A stretch of 63,311 nucleotides of DNA, the filler included, from Hyphochytrium catenoides (lineage: Eukaryota > Protista > Hyphochytriomycota), in NCBI GenBank assembly GCA_900088475.1. It is 13 parts of 13 records of this genome, joined end to end, with 100 filler letters (N's around TTAATTAATTAA, not from the genome) between each part and the next. Parts side by side here need not be neighbours in the genome. Positions count along the whole stretch, not along the records: positions 50,016 to 52,873 come from FLMG01000098.1; positions 52,974 to 60,116 come from FLMG01001833.1; positions 60,217 to 61,325 come from FLMG01002337.1; positions 61,426 to 63,311 come from FLMG01002322.1; 9 more parts are not named here. One strand, 5' to 3'. Position numbers and translations under genes: made by a program. Every line of letters begins with the position of its first letter. The stretch's first letter is position 1. Positions 51,137-63,311 of this stretch are shown in pieces. The notes beneath the pieces are model-generated. The model was not told the DNA's origin. It did no database searches and saw only the letters and a list, made by a program, of their open reading frames with translations.

Positions 51137-51460
51137 CACTGTAAATCTGAAACTGGTCATTTTTGAGTCATTTTGAAGAGTCACGTTTGAGTCATTATTC
51201 TAAAATTAATACAGGGGGTGTTGTAATCCGGATAGAACGCATGCAAATTCGCAATGCTACAGTCACTTTTCAGTCACTTTGTTTGGTTGTAATGCTCCTG
51301 AAACCAGTCACTATCCGATCACTTCTGTAAGCACTTTTCGATCACTTCTGCCGTGGTCACTTTCCAATCACTTCTTCAATAGTCACTTTGCGATCATTTT
51401 AGAATCAGTCACTTTACCCTCACTATTTCGAGTCACTTTCCAGTCACTTGAACGCATGCG
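51137..51460 (+). mobile_element. CACTA/EnSpm (CMC)-like transposon end with subterminal repeats
   Basis: Starts CACTGTAAA exactly where the Copia integrase frame breaks off. Followed by many closely spaced (A)GTCA(C/T)TT-type motifs. The other end is not in the contig. Confidence 0.65.
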
Positions 51461-52479
51461 CTCCATTTCTCGTCGCCTTCTTTGGCATCATCAATGATAT
51501 TATGGTTAATGGTGATGAGGGCCCGTGGTGTCAGGGTGGTGGTGGTGGTGACTACATAGGCAGAGAGAGCGCAAAACACTAATACAGATCGCGCAAGGCA
51601 GACCATTTGAGTGGCCTACCCCGCTTACTGGTGCTAGTAGGAGCAGCTTTCAAGCCTTCTCCTCCGTCAGAAGCTTCCGCAAGAGGGAGTTTTCTCTTCG
51701 AGGTACCTTTCTTTCCCATTTTCTGTTCTTCGTCAAGACTTCTCTTGGCCCTTCTCCACCTGCTCTTCTTCGAGGGGTTATTTGCCTCTTGATCTTCGTT
51801 CTTGCTTCTAGTCTCCCCTGGTTAGGGTCCTCCTCCAGAGTTGGCTGGGAATGCTTCCAGAGGGCGTTGTCTGAGTGTCTTCCCTGTTCGCCCAACTTAC
51901 CAGCGTTGGGCCTCTTAGAAGTTCTGGTGGTTACTGTGGCTGTTGAAGCCACTTCTTCTGTCGTACCATCTGGTCCAAATGTATTTGACCGGGTATCAGT
52001 GTCTGAAGCAGATCTCTCGTTCCTTCTTCCTGAAGACTGCCTGCGGTCAGATCACCGCAAGAGGGAAAGGACAGGAGCAAGCCATAGAGATCATTAGCTT
52101 AAATGTAGATGGGTGAAATAGGAGGGAATCACGAGAGAATGCTTTACCCGGTATGTGTTTGTTGGTGCGGGCGCCCTGCTTTGTTAACGTCTTGTGTGTT
52201 TACGCCCTTCTTTTTGGCGCATTTATGATGGCGTCTCGCTCCTCCGTATCCCTCTTCAAGAGAAAGTCCGCATTGGATATGGCAAGGAGCGTTGCACACA
52301 TCACACTCTTCCGCCTCAACTCGATCTGCTCCCTGCTCATCATCAGTAAAGGAAGAATCATAGTTGATTTCCTCAGTAATGATAAGCGGAGAAGAAGGAG
52401 GGGAGGGAGGAGTTGAACCACTAGCAACCATGTCATCACCTTCTTCGAGCTCAGCTGTCGCGAGACAAGCAAGAGAAGG

Positions 52480-52873
52480 GTCCAGCTGTTCAGGAGGAAT
52501 GCGCTTCAAGATTTGAAGTGCATTTTCTTCGTGAATGGCTAAAGATATTCGCGTATGAAGGCGTAAGCCCATAGCTAAGCGAGACCAATGACCAAGATGC
52601 CGAGAAGCATCAAGAGCAGAGCGCTCGGTCACATTGAAGCTTCACCAGGTGACCCACACAATCAACGACGCCTTGCATAGCTCCCCCAAACGACTCCCAA
52701 AAAACTAGCGGAATAAACTGCAGCAGCCCAACAGCTTTACAAGGAACCTCATACTTCTTGAGCTTCGCTTTCTCTGACAAACGACCTTGATGGCCGGCAT
52801 GGACTGCTGCATAGGGAAGGGTTCTGCCTTGCAGCGAGTCCGTGATGGACACATCGAAAGCCGTATGTTGATA
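52480..52873 (-). mobile_element. 3' fragment of an RLE-type (CRE-like) non-LTR retrotransposon, frameshifted
   Basis: AFDVSITD...EKAKLKKYEVPCKAVG..FIPLVFWESFGG.../...RISLAIHEENALQIL follows the D-V...E..K..KY...F.P...E.FG...R.S.A....NA pattern of restriction-like endonuclease domains. Confidence 0.7.
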
Positions 52874-54254
52874 NNNNNNNNNNNNNNNNNNNNNNNNNNN
52901 NNNNNNNNNNNNNNNNNTTAATTAATTAANNNNNNNNNNNNNNNNNNNNNNNNNNNNNNNNNNNNNNNNNNNNTAATACTGTATTTATACCGTATTATAC
53001 ACAGTATCGAACCTCAAGGTGTATAGTACGGATCTATAGAGCTGACACTGTTGCTCATCAGACTCCAAAGATACACTGACAGGTCTTCCTCTGCAGCCTT
53101 TCCTACTAGTTATCTGCTGATAATGCGTTGGTTGATGTGTCAGATGATGATAGACGAGGTCTCCCATTATTAGTAGGATCTTACTCGTCTTTTCCCGCTC
53201 CTCCTTCTTCCGTCTTCGTGTTCGCTAAGGCTTTCTTCTTCTGAGATCATCATCCCACCTACCGTGAGTGGGAACTGCCCGGATTGTGGGGATGCTGCTG
53301 CATATTTTGGGCTGGGTCGCCCTTCTTGTTGGCGACGATGAAGGGAGGAGGAGCTACATTGTAAGTAGTCAGGAGGAAGGGGTACAGTGAAGGCAGGAGG
53401 GCGGACCTACAACCTAGCCTGTGCATGCAAAAAGTAGAAGGGACGTTAACATTGACTGCTGGCTGTCAATAGGTCTATGTGGTATAGAGAGTGATGCTTA
53501 CCTGTCCTCCTCTTCTTCTGAACTTCCAGGTAGTCCGACAACTCCTCCTCCAACCAGCCCCACCACGTTTGTAAGGGAGGAACACAAAGCAGGCTCGAAA
53601 GAGCTCGGTGGTCATCATCAATTCTAGTAGCGAGTCCGCCGATGTTGAGAGTGTAACTAACTGTTCGGAACTGTGAATGTTTGTGAGTCTGGCGATGAGA
53701 CATTCAGTACATGGTCTGACTCTTTCTTCTGGGGGCACCTACCAAGAAGAAGGAAGAATATTATCGTCCTGATGAACGGATGACGAAGATGAAGTATGGG
53801 TCATCTACCACCAGTAGTCACCACTACATCTGTTCCTTCTTCAAACATTCGCATCTTCTTCTGTTCATGAGAATAGAGCAGTTGGGGACGACAATGCAAG
53901 AAAGGCGGGGCTGCGTTCCCTTTGAATTGAGAAATGCGTGTTGCATCCTCCTCCTTCTTCTGGACACTAGATGAAAACGTACAGTTTCATGATGAGGGAG
54001 AGAAGTAACATGACATATTTGGCTGGTGGGTCCTATGGAGAGAGAGGGAGGGGTGTTGATAAGTGTACTTGACGGAGAGTAAGGCAGCTCTCCCTGTTGG
54101 TGCTGGCCATGGCTTGGCAAAGATCATCATCACTCACTTTCAGAGTTGCCAGAACGAGAGCATCCACACCACACTACACTTTCATCCGTAGGCGGAATCC
54201 CCGCCAGACCCGGTTAACGCCACGTCTGTCAGTCACCAACAACATCTTTTTCTA

Positions 54255-55550
54255 ATGGCGCGGTTCCGAACAGGCTCGCTTCATCACCTTGCGGTAGTCC
54301 TTGGTCTGCTACTGAGCTGCATTGGCGGGATCCTTCTCAGAAACAATGGAGAAGTCGAGGCTGCCGATAAACTATGGATCAGCAAGGCCATACATACCCA
54401 ACGCAACTTGCGGACATTCCTAAGTACAGATTATGACCTTGCCGTGATCTCCTCGGCCTCGTTTGGAGCCCTGAGTAACCAGGTTCAGGCAATCTGCAAC
54501 AATGGCACTCTCCCTTCAGACTTCATAACGCAATTTTGTCCATGTCTAGGACAAGCTGCTGAGAAGTACGACTTGAACCAGCTCTCTGGTGCCGCCTTCA
54601 ATCGGACCATTGACCAAATGTATACCGAATGCACTATCAGTGCAACCTTTTCAAATTGCATGGCAAAGCCAGAGCAGTTCGGCCTACCCGCCTCCCTGTC
54701 TGCAGTGCGTGAGTCGGCCCTCCCCTATTGCAAGTGTCTCAGTGCCGACGCGAACTCGGTAGCGACTTCGAGTCTTTACAACGGCAAAATTAAAGATCAG
54801 TCCTTCCAGTTCACAACGGCGATGCAGAGAGAATGTCTCTCTAAAGTTCCCACAACTGCCCCGCCTTCTACATCATCTTCCTCGGCTTCACCACCATCGC
54901 CCAAAAGCGCAGAAGAGTCGTCGAAGTCTCCAAGTCCCGGACGAGATGTCGGAGACCTTAGTAATAATGACTCTTCCTCCTCCCTCTCGGCAGGCGCCAT
55001 CGTAGGTATCGTTTTCGGATCTATTCTTTTCACTGGTCTCGTTGCTATCTTTGGCATATACTTCCTGAGACGAACCAGACAGAGCAACAACGACGGCAAC
55101 ATCTCCAATGCGCAACAGCTAATAGGTCCGAACAACCCGCCACCTCCAGGCAGTATGTTACTCAATAGCAATGAAAAGGAGCAGGCTATGCTGCACAATG
55201 CACGGCCTATACAGCCACCTAACCTGCAAGGATACGGGGGAGCTGGAGGGTCTGGCGCCTATGGTGGTCAGCACTTTGAGGACCAGCAGCACTACCCTGC
55301 CCTGGGACCCCTACCACCGAGAAACCCACAGGTCGAAGAAAATTCTAGCAACCTCCACAGTGGCGGAGGGGGCCATAATATGCAAGGCGGTGTGGGGTAC
55401 GAATCGCAGCCGCAACAGTCTCAATCACTTCCACCGGCGGTCTACCAGCATCATGTGGAGGAAGTGAAGTACAACGTCCACGCGCACCAACCACCAGTTG
55501 CTGAGGCTGCCTCTGCCCCAGAGAGCGATCGCCTGAGCCACAGACGATAG
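54255..55550 (+). CDS. Type I single-pass membrane protein: signal peptide, two 4-Cys repeats, S/P stalk, TM, P/Q/G-rich tail
   Basis: 431-aa intronless ORF with a hydrophobic N-terminus, C...FCPC...EC and C...YCKC...EC, and TM LSAGAIVGIVFGSILFTGLVAIFGIYFL followed by RRTR. Confidence 0.85.
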   Translation: MARFRTGSLHHLAVVLGLLLSCIGGILLRNNGEVEAADKLWISKAIHTQRNLRTFLSTDYDLAVISSASFGALSNQVQAICNNGTLPSDFITQFCPCLGQAAEKYDLNQLSGAAFNRTIDQMYTECTISATFSNCMAKPEQFGLPASLSAVRESALPYCKCLSADANSVATSSLYNGKIKDQSFQFTTAMQRECLSKVPTTAPPSTSSSSASPPSPKSAEESSKSPSPGRDVGDLSNNDSSSSLSAGAIVGIVFGSILFTGLVAIFGIYFLRRTRQSNNDGNISNAQQLIGPNNPPPPGSMLLNSNEKEQAMLHNARPIQPPNLQGYGGAGGSGAYGGQHFEDQQHYPALGPLPPRNPQVEENSSNLHSGGGGHNMQGGVGYESQPQQSQSLPPAVYQHHVEEVKYNVHAHQPPVAEAASAPESDRLSHRR

Positions 55551-56671
55551 TAGTAGCTTGCTGTTGATGATCATGGTGATAATAAAAAATTAGAAGCTAG
55601 TACGTAGGGATGCCGCCCTTCAGAGCTTGCTTTCGTTCTTTCATATAACTAACTCGCCTTGGAAGTCTTACATCTAGCTTGTATGACAATTGTCCTTCAT
55701 GTGCACAGTTGCCTTCTTATCATCAACGATGACCTTCACCTGAATGCAACACAATCATTGTTACTCGCTCCGTCACCTTTATTTGGGGCATATGCCAGCA
55801 GCATTCGCTCTGCTAAAGTGCCGGCATTTGCTTTCACCTCAAATTGACAGTGAGTGAGTCAAGGGCCACCCGCGCGCAAGCCCCGCATGTGAGGCCGAGT
55901 ATGGGGAGAGAGCAAGGTAATTGCATGACGACGGACACCAAGGAGCTAGATGTTTGCAGATAGAGGTAACCTTGTTGATGCCAATGGGGAACCGCTGCCT
56001 TGGTTGCCAAGGTCGTTTATACTAATCACCACGCTCTAGGCGCCAACAAGCAGCACACTCAGGTGCTGCCAATCGCATAACAAAAAGAAGAGGAGTAACG
56101 ACTTCTTCTTGACGCCTCTTCGTGCTCCTTGCGCGCATGGAAGACCCTCCATTCTCAAGATATGACGGGAAGGGAACAGTGTGGGTCTTATCTCACCTTG
56201 AGATCTCTTGCTGTTGTCGTCAAGAGATGCCTTCCTTCCTTCGGTCCGTTGATGAGCTTCAATGACAGCAGCAACAGCAGCATCACCGTCTGCCATCACC
56301 TTGTTAATGTTAGGGTTCTGGTGTAAGAATAAGCATTAGATTTTTCTGAATAATGTTGGCTATCTGGGGCTGTATCTGGGATACTCGTGCGTGGGTGTTT
56401 CATCCAGGAATTGATAACCGATTAAGAGGAGAATCTAGTTATTAAGTTACTTGGTCATCAAATGAAGTTGAGAAGCTTCATCATCATCGGCAGAATTCGC
56501 ATTTTTAGAGCTTCTTGGCCCTTTGTCATTGGCATTGGAAGCATTGCCTTTGGAACCAGGGGCTAGCAGACAAAAGGCCAACAGCTCTTCTATAGTTCTT
56601 CCAAGCGTTCACATGCTGGAGTATTATGAGTGCATTACGTAGAAGATTGTAAGGAGACGTGGATCAGAACG

Positions 56672-58202
56672 ATGTATGACGAGCTGCTGCTAATCGCGTC
56701 CGTGGAAGATAGTAATATTTATGTACTAGATCTCTATTCAGGAACTCACATCAGCACGCTGAAGAGCAACCTGACAGGTCCGTCGCTTTGCATTGCATAT
56801 CACTCTGTGCCTCTTCCTTCTCGTTCCATGCCGACGTCTCAATGCGTACGTTCTCTTTCACGTTTAATTCCGAATGTCGTGTGTCACAGGCAGGTTACTC
56901 TATCTCTCTGTTTATCATTATCTCTTTCTAGTTCTCCCTTCCCTAAGGTCTACACTTTTGTGCGCCAGTCGCTCCGTCGCTGCACCTCCTTTCCAAGCTT
57001 TCTCCAGACCAAGCCACCTCTTGACTACGCGATTCTAGTCAAGCTCTCCCATTCATCTCTCGCACACCTAAACGCCTCCTTCGTTATCTTATTGCTAGTA
57101 CCTCTTTCCCTTACCTACGCTTTCATTAGGCAGATATGGCCTAACAGTGCTCGGCACCCCCAGCAACGGCCTTGGAAGACACTTCCTCTCCAGTCAGAAT
57201 AACAAGCCATCCATCTGCATCTGGCATGTCAACAAGGATCAGCCGCTGTTTAGATGTGCAATGCCAGAGTCCATTGGGCCGATGATAAGCACGGGCGATG
57301 GCAGATTCGTTATAGGCGGAGGAAGAAGTGGAAAGCTCTTCCTATGGGAGGTTACCAGTGGAGCTCTTTTTAGAACATGGGAAGGTCACTATAAGAGTGT
57401 CTCATCTCTCTCACTCTCCTCGGACTCTTCCCTTCTATTATCTGGAGGAGAGGATGGCATGATCGCTCTTTGGAGCATTGCTGACCTCTTGGAGGAGTCT
57501 ACCGCTGTCTCTCCTCTTACTACGTGGACAGAGCACTCTCTTCCTGTTACAGGGCTTCATTGTGGCTTTGGAGGGACGAGAGGGAGAGCTTTCTCATGTT
57601 CTCTAGATGGAACGGCCCGAGTTTGGGATCTCGTCACCAAGAAATGTCTCAGCAGTATCGTCTGTCCTTCTGAGCTCACTGCGTGCACAGTGGATCCACA
57701 AGAGTTGAGACTGTTTGCAGGGGCAAATGACGGACAGATTTTCATTGTAGATCTCCTTGCTACGGCTTCGGCTCAAACGGCAGCAGCAAGCAAAGAGATC
57801 TGGGTGGGAGGAGGAGGAAGAATCCAGGAGACAGGGCATGCGAGTATACCTCGGGAAGAAGGAGGAACCGGAAGCTTATCGTTTCTCTCCGGGCATCAGA
57901 AGCAAATCAACGCACTGACAGTGACCGCTAACGGAGCACTGCTCGTGTCAGGGTCAGAGGATGGTCTAGTTATGGTTTGGGAGCCGATCAGTCGTCAAGC
58001 TGTGAAGACCTTTGACCTCGTTAAAGGGCCAGTATCCTCCATCTTTCTTTTGCATAGAGCTGAGACCTTGTTCATCAGTGGAGCAGGAGGAAAGGGAAAA
58101 GAGAACGATGGACAATTACCTGTCGCTCCTCTGAAGAAGTATAGACATCACGCTGTAGGCGCAAAGGAAGTTGACCAGACAGAGATCTTCTTTTCTCTCT
58201 AG
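56672..58202 (+). CDS. WDR18: WD40 protein WDR18/Ipi3 (rixosome, pre-60S processing)
   Basis: Exon 56672-56777 splices in phase to 57130. Motifs MPESIGPM...DGRFVIGGGRSGKLFLWEVTSGALFRTWEGHYKSV...LLSGGEDG...W.EHSLPVT...SCSLD. The 3' end may include further exons. Confidence 0.87.
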
Positions 58203-60216
58203 ACCACTTAGACAAAGATCTGATCTCTCCCTTTGTCTCCCTTCACCCTGGCTTCTTTCTATAGCTTTCTCTCTCTCTCTCTCTCCATGATCCGACGCCC
58301 CATGTCTTTGTATCTTCTAGTCTTTATCATACTCAACTACTCACGATTGAGAGGTATCATGCTCGTTAATTATAAGTTAGTCTTTCAAGCTGGCCGTAGG
58401 GAAGACCTGTTGCAGTGTCCCTTTATATCCCTTTGTTCAGACACGCTTATGTCATCTTATATTTCCTAGTGCCTTCTCTTTCCAAATGGTACTGTCGTTG
58501 GCTTCTCATCTCCTATTCTTGATGATTTGTCCGTCAACGGTTGGATGACGTGCTATCAAGTCGATGTAGTCTGGTGTCACAAGGCAGCGACGACGAGAGG
58601 ATGGGCGGCAGTAGATAAAGAGGAAGTAGTGAGTGATGGTAGGTTGTTCGGTAGGAGCAAGGAGTTGGCAGGCTATGTCACAGCATGGTGGCGCCTTAGC
58701 AGGCATAGCAGACAGCTCACCAGGACGAACCAAGTAAAAGATGAAGAGAAAACCTTGCCTGCATATCGGAGCTTGCGCTCGGCATTCAGGTCCCCATTCG
58801 CCATTACGGAGTCTGTCACGTTCTTCAGATCCCTTTCGGGTATTGACTGAGAAGAACGGGAAATTAGTGGTCCGACAAGCTGATGCTGAAGATAGTTCTT
58901 CAACTCTTGTCCAAGTCCTTGGCTTATCCTCTCTCAAAGCACACCAGGCCCTTCTGCTTCTCTCTCTCACACACTTCTAAGCTGCAAAACGCTATCCGCT
59001 CGCCTAAGTTTGGTTTACCTCGTCTCCAAGGAAGCCAAAGGCGACATTCATCGCATTGAGAACAAAGTCAATGTCATCTTTCCCAGCATACCTTGTGAAT
59101 GCGGCAAGCAAGAGGTGTCACGATGAGAAAGAATAGACTAAGACAGAGTGAGGGAGAGTTGTAGATCGAGGCTGGACAGGAGGAGTTGGACATTGCGAGA
59201 TGACAGGCTATGTTTTTGAGAGGGAAGAAGTAAAGCAAGCACAAAGAGGAGGATGGGAACTAGGACCGGCGTGAGTGGCACCACATACCCTGTGTCATCT
59301 ATATCATTTAGTCTGAAAGCGGCTACAATGCGATACGAGAGGAGAGAGATATGTGAGGGAAGAGGAAAATCCCTATTTACATGAAAAGCGGAGACGCGAG
59401 AGACTATAACTGGTTTGCTTTGTGTGCGTATGTGTGAACAAGAGAGAGAGAGACAGAGACTAGATAAAGGGAGAAGGAAGAGATAAGCAACGACTGGGAG
59501 CTGAAGAGAGAACAGAGTCTCAAAACTCCGGGAAGCAGAGAGGACGAACTACCTGAAAGCCGATCTTCCGCGTTGCCTTTTAGTAGGAGGCAGGCACACA
59601 CTAAGAATTCCTAGACAGCAGAGGTCAGCCAGCGCTCATTCTACTCCTGCTTATCTTCCACCCCTTTCTGGTGCCAGCGGCCATGCCCCTCACTATCTTT
59701 AAAGTCTTTAATCCCCTTCTGCGGTAGACTCTCTTTGTCCCTCTCTCTTTTTTCTCCCACCTCCTCTCTTCTCTCTTCTCAACTTCCCCATTCTTCCTCC
59801 CCTCCTCCTCTCTCTCTCTCTTTTCCTTGCGTTTGGTCTCTGTTGGGCAGATTATGGTGGGGAGGGGGGGAAGGGGCATCTAGAAGGCCCTAGAGCCTCA
59901 AAGAAAAGACAAAGCTATATCGGTTTCTTCTCTTTACTCCATCTCTCTCTCTCTCTCTTTGTTTGTGCATTGTGCTCACCCTGTAATTGACAAGGTCAGT
60001 GCCGCTGGCATCCAACAGGATGAAAATTTTGTCAAGTATCTCACAGTCTTTCCCAGGTTCCAATGTATTATCGAAGAAGAAGAAGAAAACGAAGGACGAG
60101 AGAGAGAGAGAGAGAGNNNNNNNNNNNNNNNNNNNNNNNNNNNNNNNNNNNNNNNNNNNNTTAATTAATTAANNNNNNNNNNNNNNNNNNNNNNNNNNNN
60201 NNNNNNNNNNNNNNNN

Positions 60217-60454
60217 GTGCACAATAAAAGCGATTCTGAGAGCAAAGCCCTGGAACTAGAGCTCGTGTGCAGTATACAAAGCCGTCCGAAGCACGGAATC
60301 TGCAGGGACCGCAGAGGCTGGGCTCACAGGGCTTTGATCGAGTCGCGTCCTCATAGCAGACTGAGCCGCACAGGCCTTGGGCGGCACCCTGCTGAAGGGA
60401 AGAGGCTGCCAACACTAGGAGAAGGACGAAGGGCTTGGCGTCACCTGTAAACAT
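60217..60454 (-). CDS. Putative small secreted cysteine-rich protein, truncated by the contig end
   Basis: Signal-like FVLLLVLAASSLQQGAAQ followed by 8 Cys in about 55 residues. No homology recognised. Confidence 0.45.
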
Positions 60455-60815
60455 TGGTTGTCTCCTAGCACTCTTAGTGCTTTCTCTTACTCGTTTGCCA
60501 GGCCAGCACTACTTGGTATACTTTAATGCCTAGCAACGGCGTGGCTGCTGGAGTTTCATCTGGGACTAGTGAGATGGCAGGGCCATTCTGAAGATTTAGT
60601 AGAGCTTTGATGATGGCATCCAGACGATGATTATGAGGCTTGTCAATATACTTGCTGACAGAAAGGGTGACGCGTGATCCTCCTTTGGGCTCCAAGATGA
60701 TGCTGCCCCAAGCATTGTGCACTCTTGATCACCTTGACAGTGGAAGTAACATGAGATGGGTCGCAAGGGAACTGCATGAGATCGCTACTGGAGAACACTA
60801 GAGTGCTCTCCTCTG

Positions 60816-60908
<93 letters not shown>

Positions 60909-61913
60909 TTTTCGTTCGCTCTCTTCTCTGCTCCTTTCTGTCGTGTCCGAATCGTCCTCTCTCCTTCTACTTCGCGTCTGCTGGCTGTCTCCATCTCCAA
61001 GTTCTCTCTTCTCTCTGTTCAGCTGGCAGTCAGAGCAAGTCTTGACTGAGCAACGGCTCTACAGGTGGCTTGCTGGTGGGTTCTCTTCGTCTGACAAGAG
61101 AAACGCTGGCGGCGAGACAGTTCGGATCGGAGGCGCCGAATGCTCAAGACGTCATCAAGGTGGGACAAAGAATCAGTTTATATAGTTATCACTTACCATC
61201 AAGCTTTATCAGTTCCGCTAGCTTTATCATATACTTAGAAGAGGTTGTATTTGATAAACTAGGTGTTATGATAACTGTTTGGTTGGTGGGGTATGACCAA
61301 TTCTGGCTCTCACTTCAACCTCTGCNNNNNNNNNNNNNNNNNNNNNNNNNNNNNNNNNNNNNNNNNNNNTTAATTAATTAANNNNNNNNNNNNNNNNNNN
61401 NNNNNNNNNNNNNNNNNNNNNNNNNCTTTGCAAAAAATCTCTCTAGCTTGAAATCTTCAAGCCTATTCCCGGATCTCTCCGCTTGTAGCAATGGTCTCAT
61501 TGCGCTTAGAGCTAGGGCAACCCTGAAAGTATCCCTGACGGTTTATTATACTTGCTCGCGGGGCCGCCACCGTCTCAATGATGGAAAGCTTACTGTCAGG
61601 GTCTGGACTAACAGCAGCAGGGTCACGATCTATGTGAAAGCTCCCGAATATCTACTTCCTGACACAGATAGAGTTTGCCAGGCCTCCGCTCCTGATGATT
61701 GATCAACTTCACTCATCCTGGCTTTTGGCCTTTCCAGACACACACTCTCCCTGGTGATCCCATCATCAAAGATCCTGATCCCATCATCAAAGATCCTCCT
61801 CCTCCTTGCCGTCTCCTTGTCAATCATCAGAATCCATCATGAGAACTGTGGCACAGCCTTTTCCTACAGTTATGGTTCTTATGTCTTGGAAAAAAGAGGA
61901 GGGTATCTGCAAT

Positions 61914-61986
61914 TCCTCTATAGCTCAGCAGGTAGAGCGTGTGGCTGTTAACCACAAGGTCGGAGGTTCGAGCCCTCCTGGAGGAG
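61914..61986 (+). tRNA. trnN-GTT: tRNA-Asn (GTT)
   Basis: Full cloverleaf: TCCTCTA/TGGAGGA, D-arm GCTC/GAGC, anticodon arm TGTGG-CTGTTAA-CCACA, T-arm GGAGG-TTCGAGC-CCTCC, G73. T5 terminator at 61991. Confidence 0.97.
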
Positions 61987-63276
61987 TTACTTTTTGCCCT
62001 TTCTTTTCATGTTGTAGAATGGAACAATGATGCTGCTGGTGCCAGGCGCGAAACTTCTGCGTATGACGATATCAAGTTAGAAAGACAGAAAGTTGCGTAA
62101 GACGATGGAGGGGAACTATTATTGCGTCTCTTCCTCCACGACTCCTGCTTGCCAAAATAGGAGACAGCTTAATCTTTACGCCCATCAAAGCGAGGTTGTT
62201 GTCATGATGATGCCGGCTGCGAGGAGGAGGAGGGCGGTTTGGAGAATAATAGGGGGCAGGAGGGTAGTAGCAACAAGTGGTGCCGTCATCATGTAGTCCT
62301 ACTACTACCGCCGCTTCCTTATGCCATTATCCGTAGGGGCGAATAATATTCATAGTCCACATATAATTGAACGTGCAGATAGCAAAGTCGATCAAACAAC
62401 AACATCTCTTTCTTTCTAGCAGTCACAGGTTATTGTGATGGCGTATGACTCTTTATGTTCTTCTTCTGCTGGTTAATAGCAATTATGGACTGAGTAATAG
62501 GTGGATAGCTGGTGCTTCTATTTTAAATTCTTTGGTGGGAGGGCTCGCTCTTGGGCAGCAGTAGTAGTATTGTGGGCGGGGTGTGCAGCAGTAGTAGTAG
62601 TGGTGTGTGATAGTACAGTTGATGAATAGTGACGTCTTCCTTTTGATTGATGACCTGACTCCGTAGAACAAAGAAGAGGCCGGGTCCCTCGGCGCCAGAA
62701 GGACGACCGCAAGATGGCGCGATGTTGTCCTAGTTGTTGTGGCTGAAGTTTGCTAATAGCAGCAATAATATATGGATCCTCCCTGGTTCATCATCAAGTC
62801 CCTTCGTTCCTCCTCCTCTTGCTGCTTGCTGCTGTCTCTCCCTCATCTCTTTGTTGCTGCTGCTGGTGGGTGCATGTTGTCGCCGTGATGCTGATGACCT
62901 GTATTATCGACTCGACCTATTTCCGTTCTTCTTGCTTCGTCTCTAACAAAGTCCATACCATCCCCACCATATTCCCGTGCCGTTAAGTGGACACCTACAT
63001 ACGACTACCATTCAGCCCCTGCTTGAGCCGTACTCACAAGAAGAGAAGGAACTTTATCTAACTAATCTCAAGAACCCTAGCGAACTGTTCAACTGACACA
63101 ATGACACTTTTGGTTTTTACAGGCAACATACTCATAGCTTCCAGGTTCACAGCTTCCACTTCATCATCATTAATTCTTCTTCTCTTTTTTGTCCGCCTCT
63201 CGGGAAGCAATTTTTCCTTTGGGAAAGCAAGGGTAAGTACAAGTCTCCAAGGCCTACCAGCTTGTTTCGGAAACCA

Positions 63277-63311
63277 TCCTCTATAGCTCAGCAGGTAGAG
63301 CGTGTGGCTGT
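63277..63311 (+). tRNA. trnN-GTT: Second tRNA-Asn (GTT), cut by the window end
   Basis: 35 nt identical to 61914-61948. Confidence 0.85.

Noticed and set aside
51140-51460. CRISPR-like or iteron-like short repeat array
   Set aside because: The repeats are only 7-9 nt with irregular short spacing, there are no cas genes and the context is eukaryotic. Better explained as transposon subterminal repeats.
53200-53760. Possible spliced minus-strand gene (GT-AG-like signals)
   Set aside because: No consistent frame or homology could be established.
61755-61796. 21-bp perfect tandem duplication
   Set aside because: Ordinary slippage duplication with no further structure.

Overview
This is a eukaryotic draft assembly. 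Thirteen small, unlinked contigs are concatenated with twelve artificial 100-nt spacers (44 N + TTAATTAATTAA + 44 N), so adjacency across spacers means nothing. The organism is probably a stramenopile of the oomycete/hyphochytrid (pseudofungal) grade; this is inferred from the AMPK motif RRRRWYLGIQSKKEPAHVMSEVYKAL and an oomycete-like chitin synthase. Introns are saturated with (GA)n/(CT)n microsatellites, so most entries in the ORF track are spurious. Supported genes: a PH-domain protein, a PH-START-START lipid-transfer protein, a MARVEL protein, a chitin synthase fragment, an intronless bacterial-type threonine aldolase, a probable M14 carboxypeptidase tail, a complete spliced DCP1, an RRM fragment, a P-loop kinase tail, an AMPK/SNF1 alpha C-terminus, an intronless bacterial-like GFA protein, a Cys-repeat type I membrane protein, WDR18/Ipi3 and two tRNA-Asn(GTT) genes. 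Two contigs are nests of mobile DNA built on one Copia family, and each insertion can be checked against an empty site elsewhere in the window. The two most novel items are (i) a 255-bp TG...CA solo-LTR-like insertion with a 5-bp TSD that carries a TATA box, a tRNA-derived Pol III cassette and a T4 terminator (analogous to Cassandra, but with tRNA instead of 5S), and (ii) a 3.05-kb TIR DNA transposon with a CTAG target duplication that encodes an HTH, FYRN/FYRC-like chromatin domains and CxxC...GHxC fingers. All family assignments come from motif recognition by eye; no database search was run.
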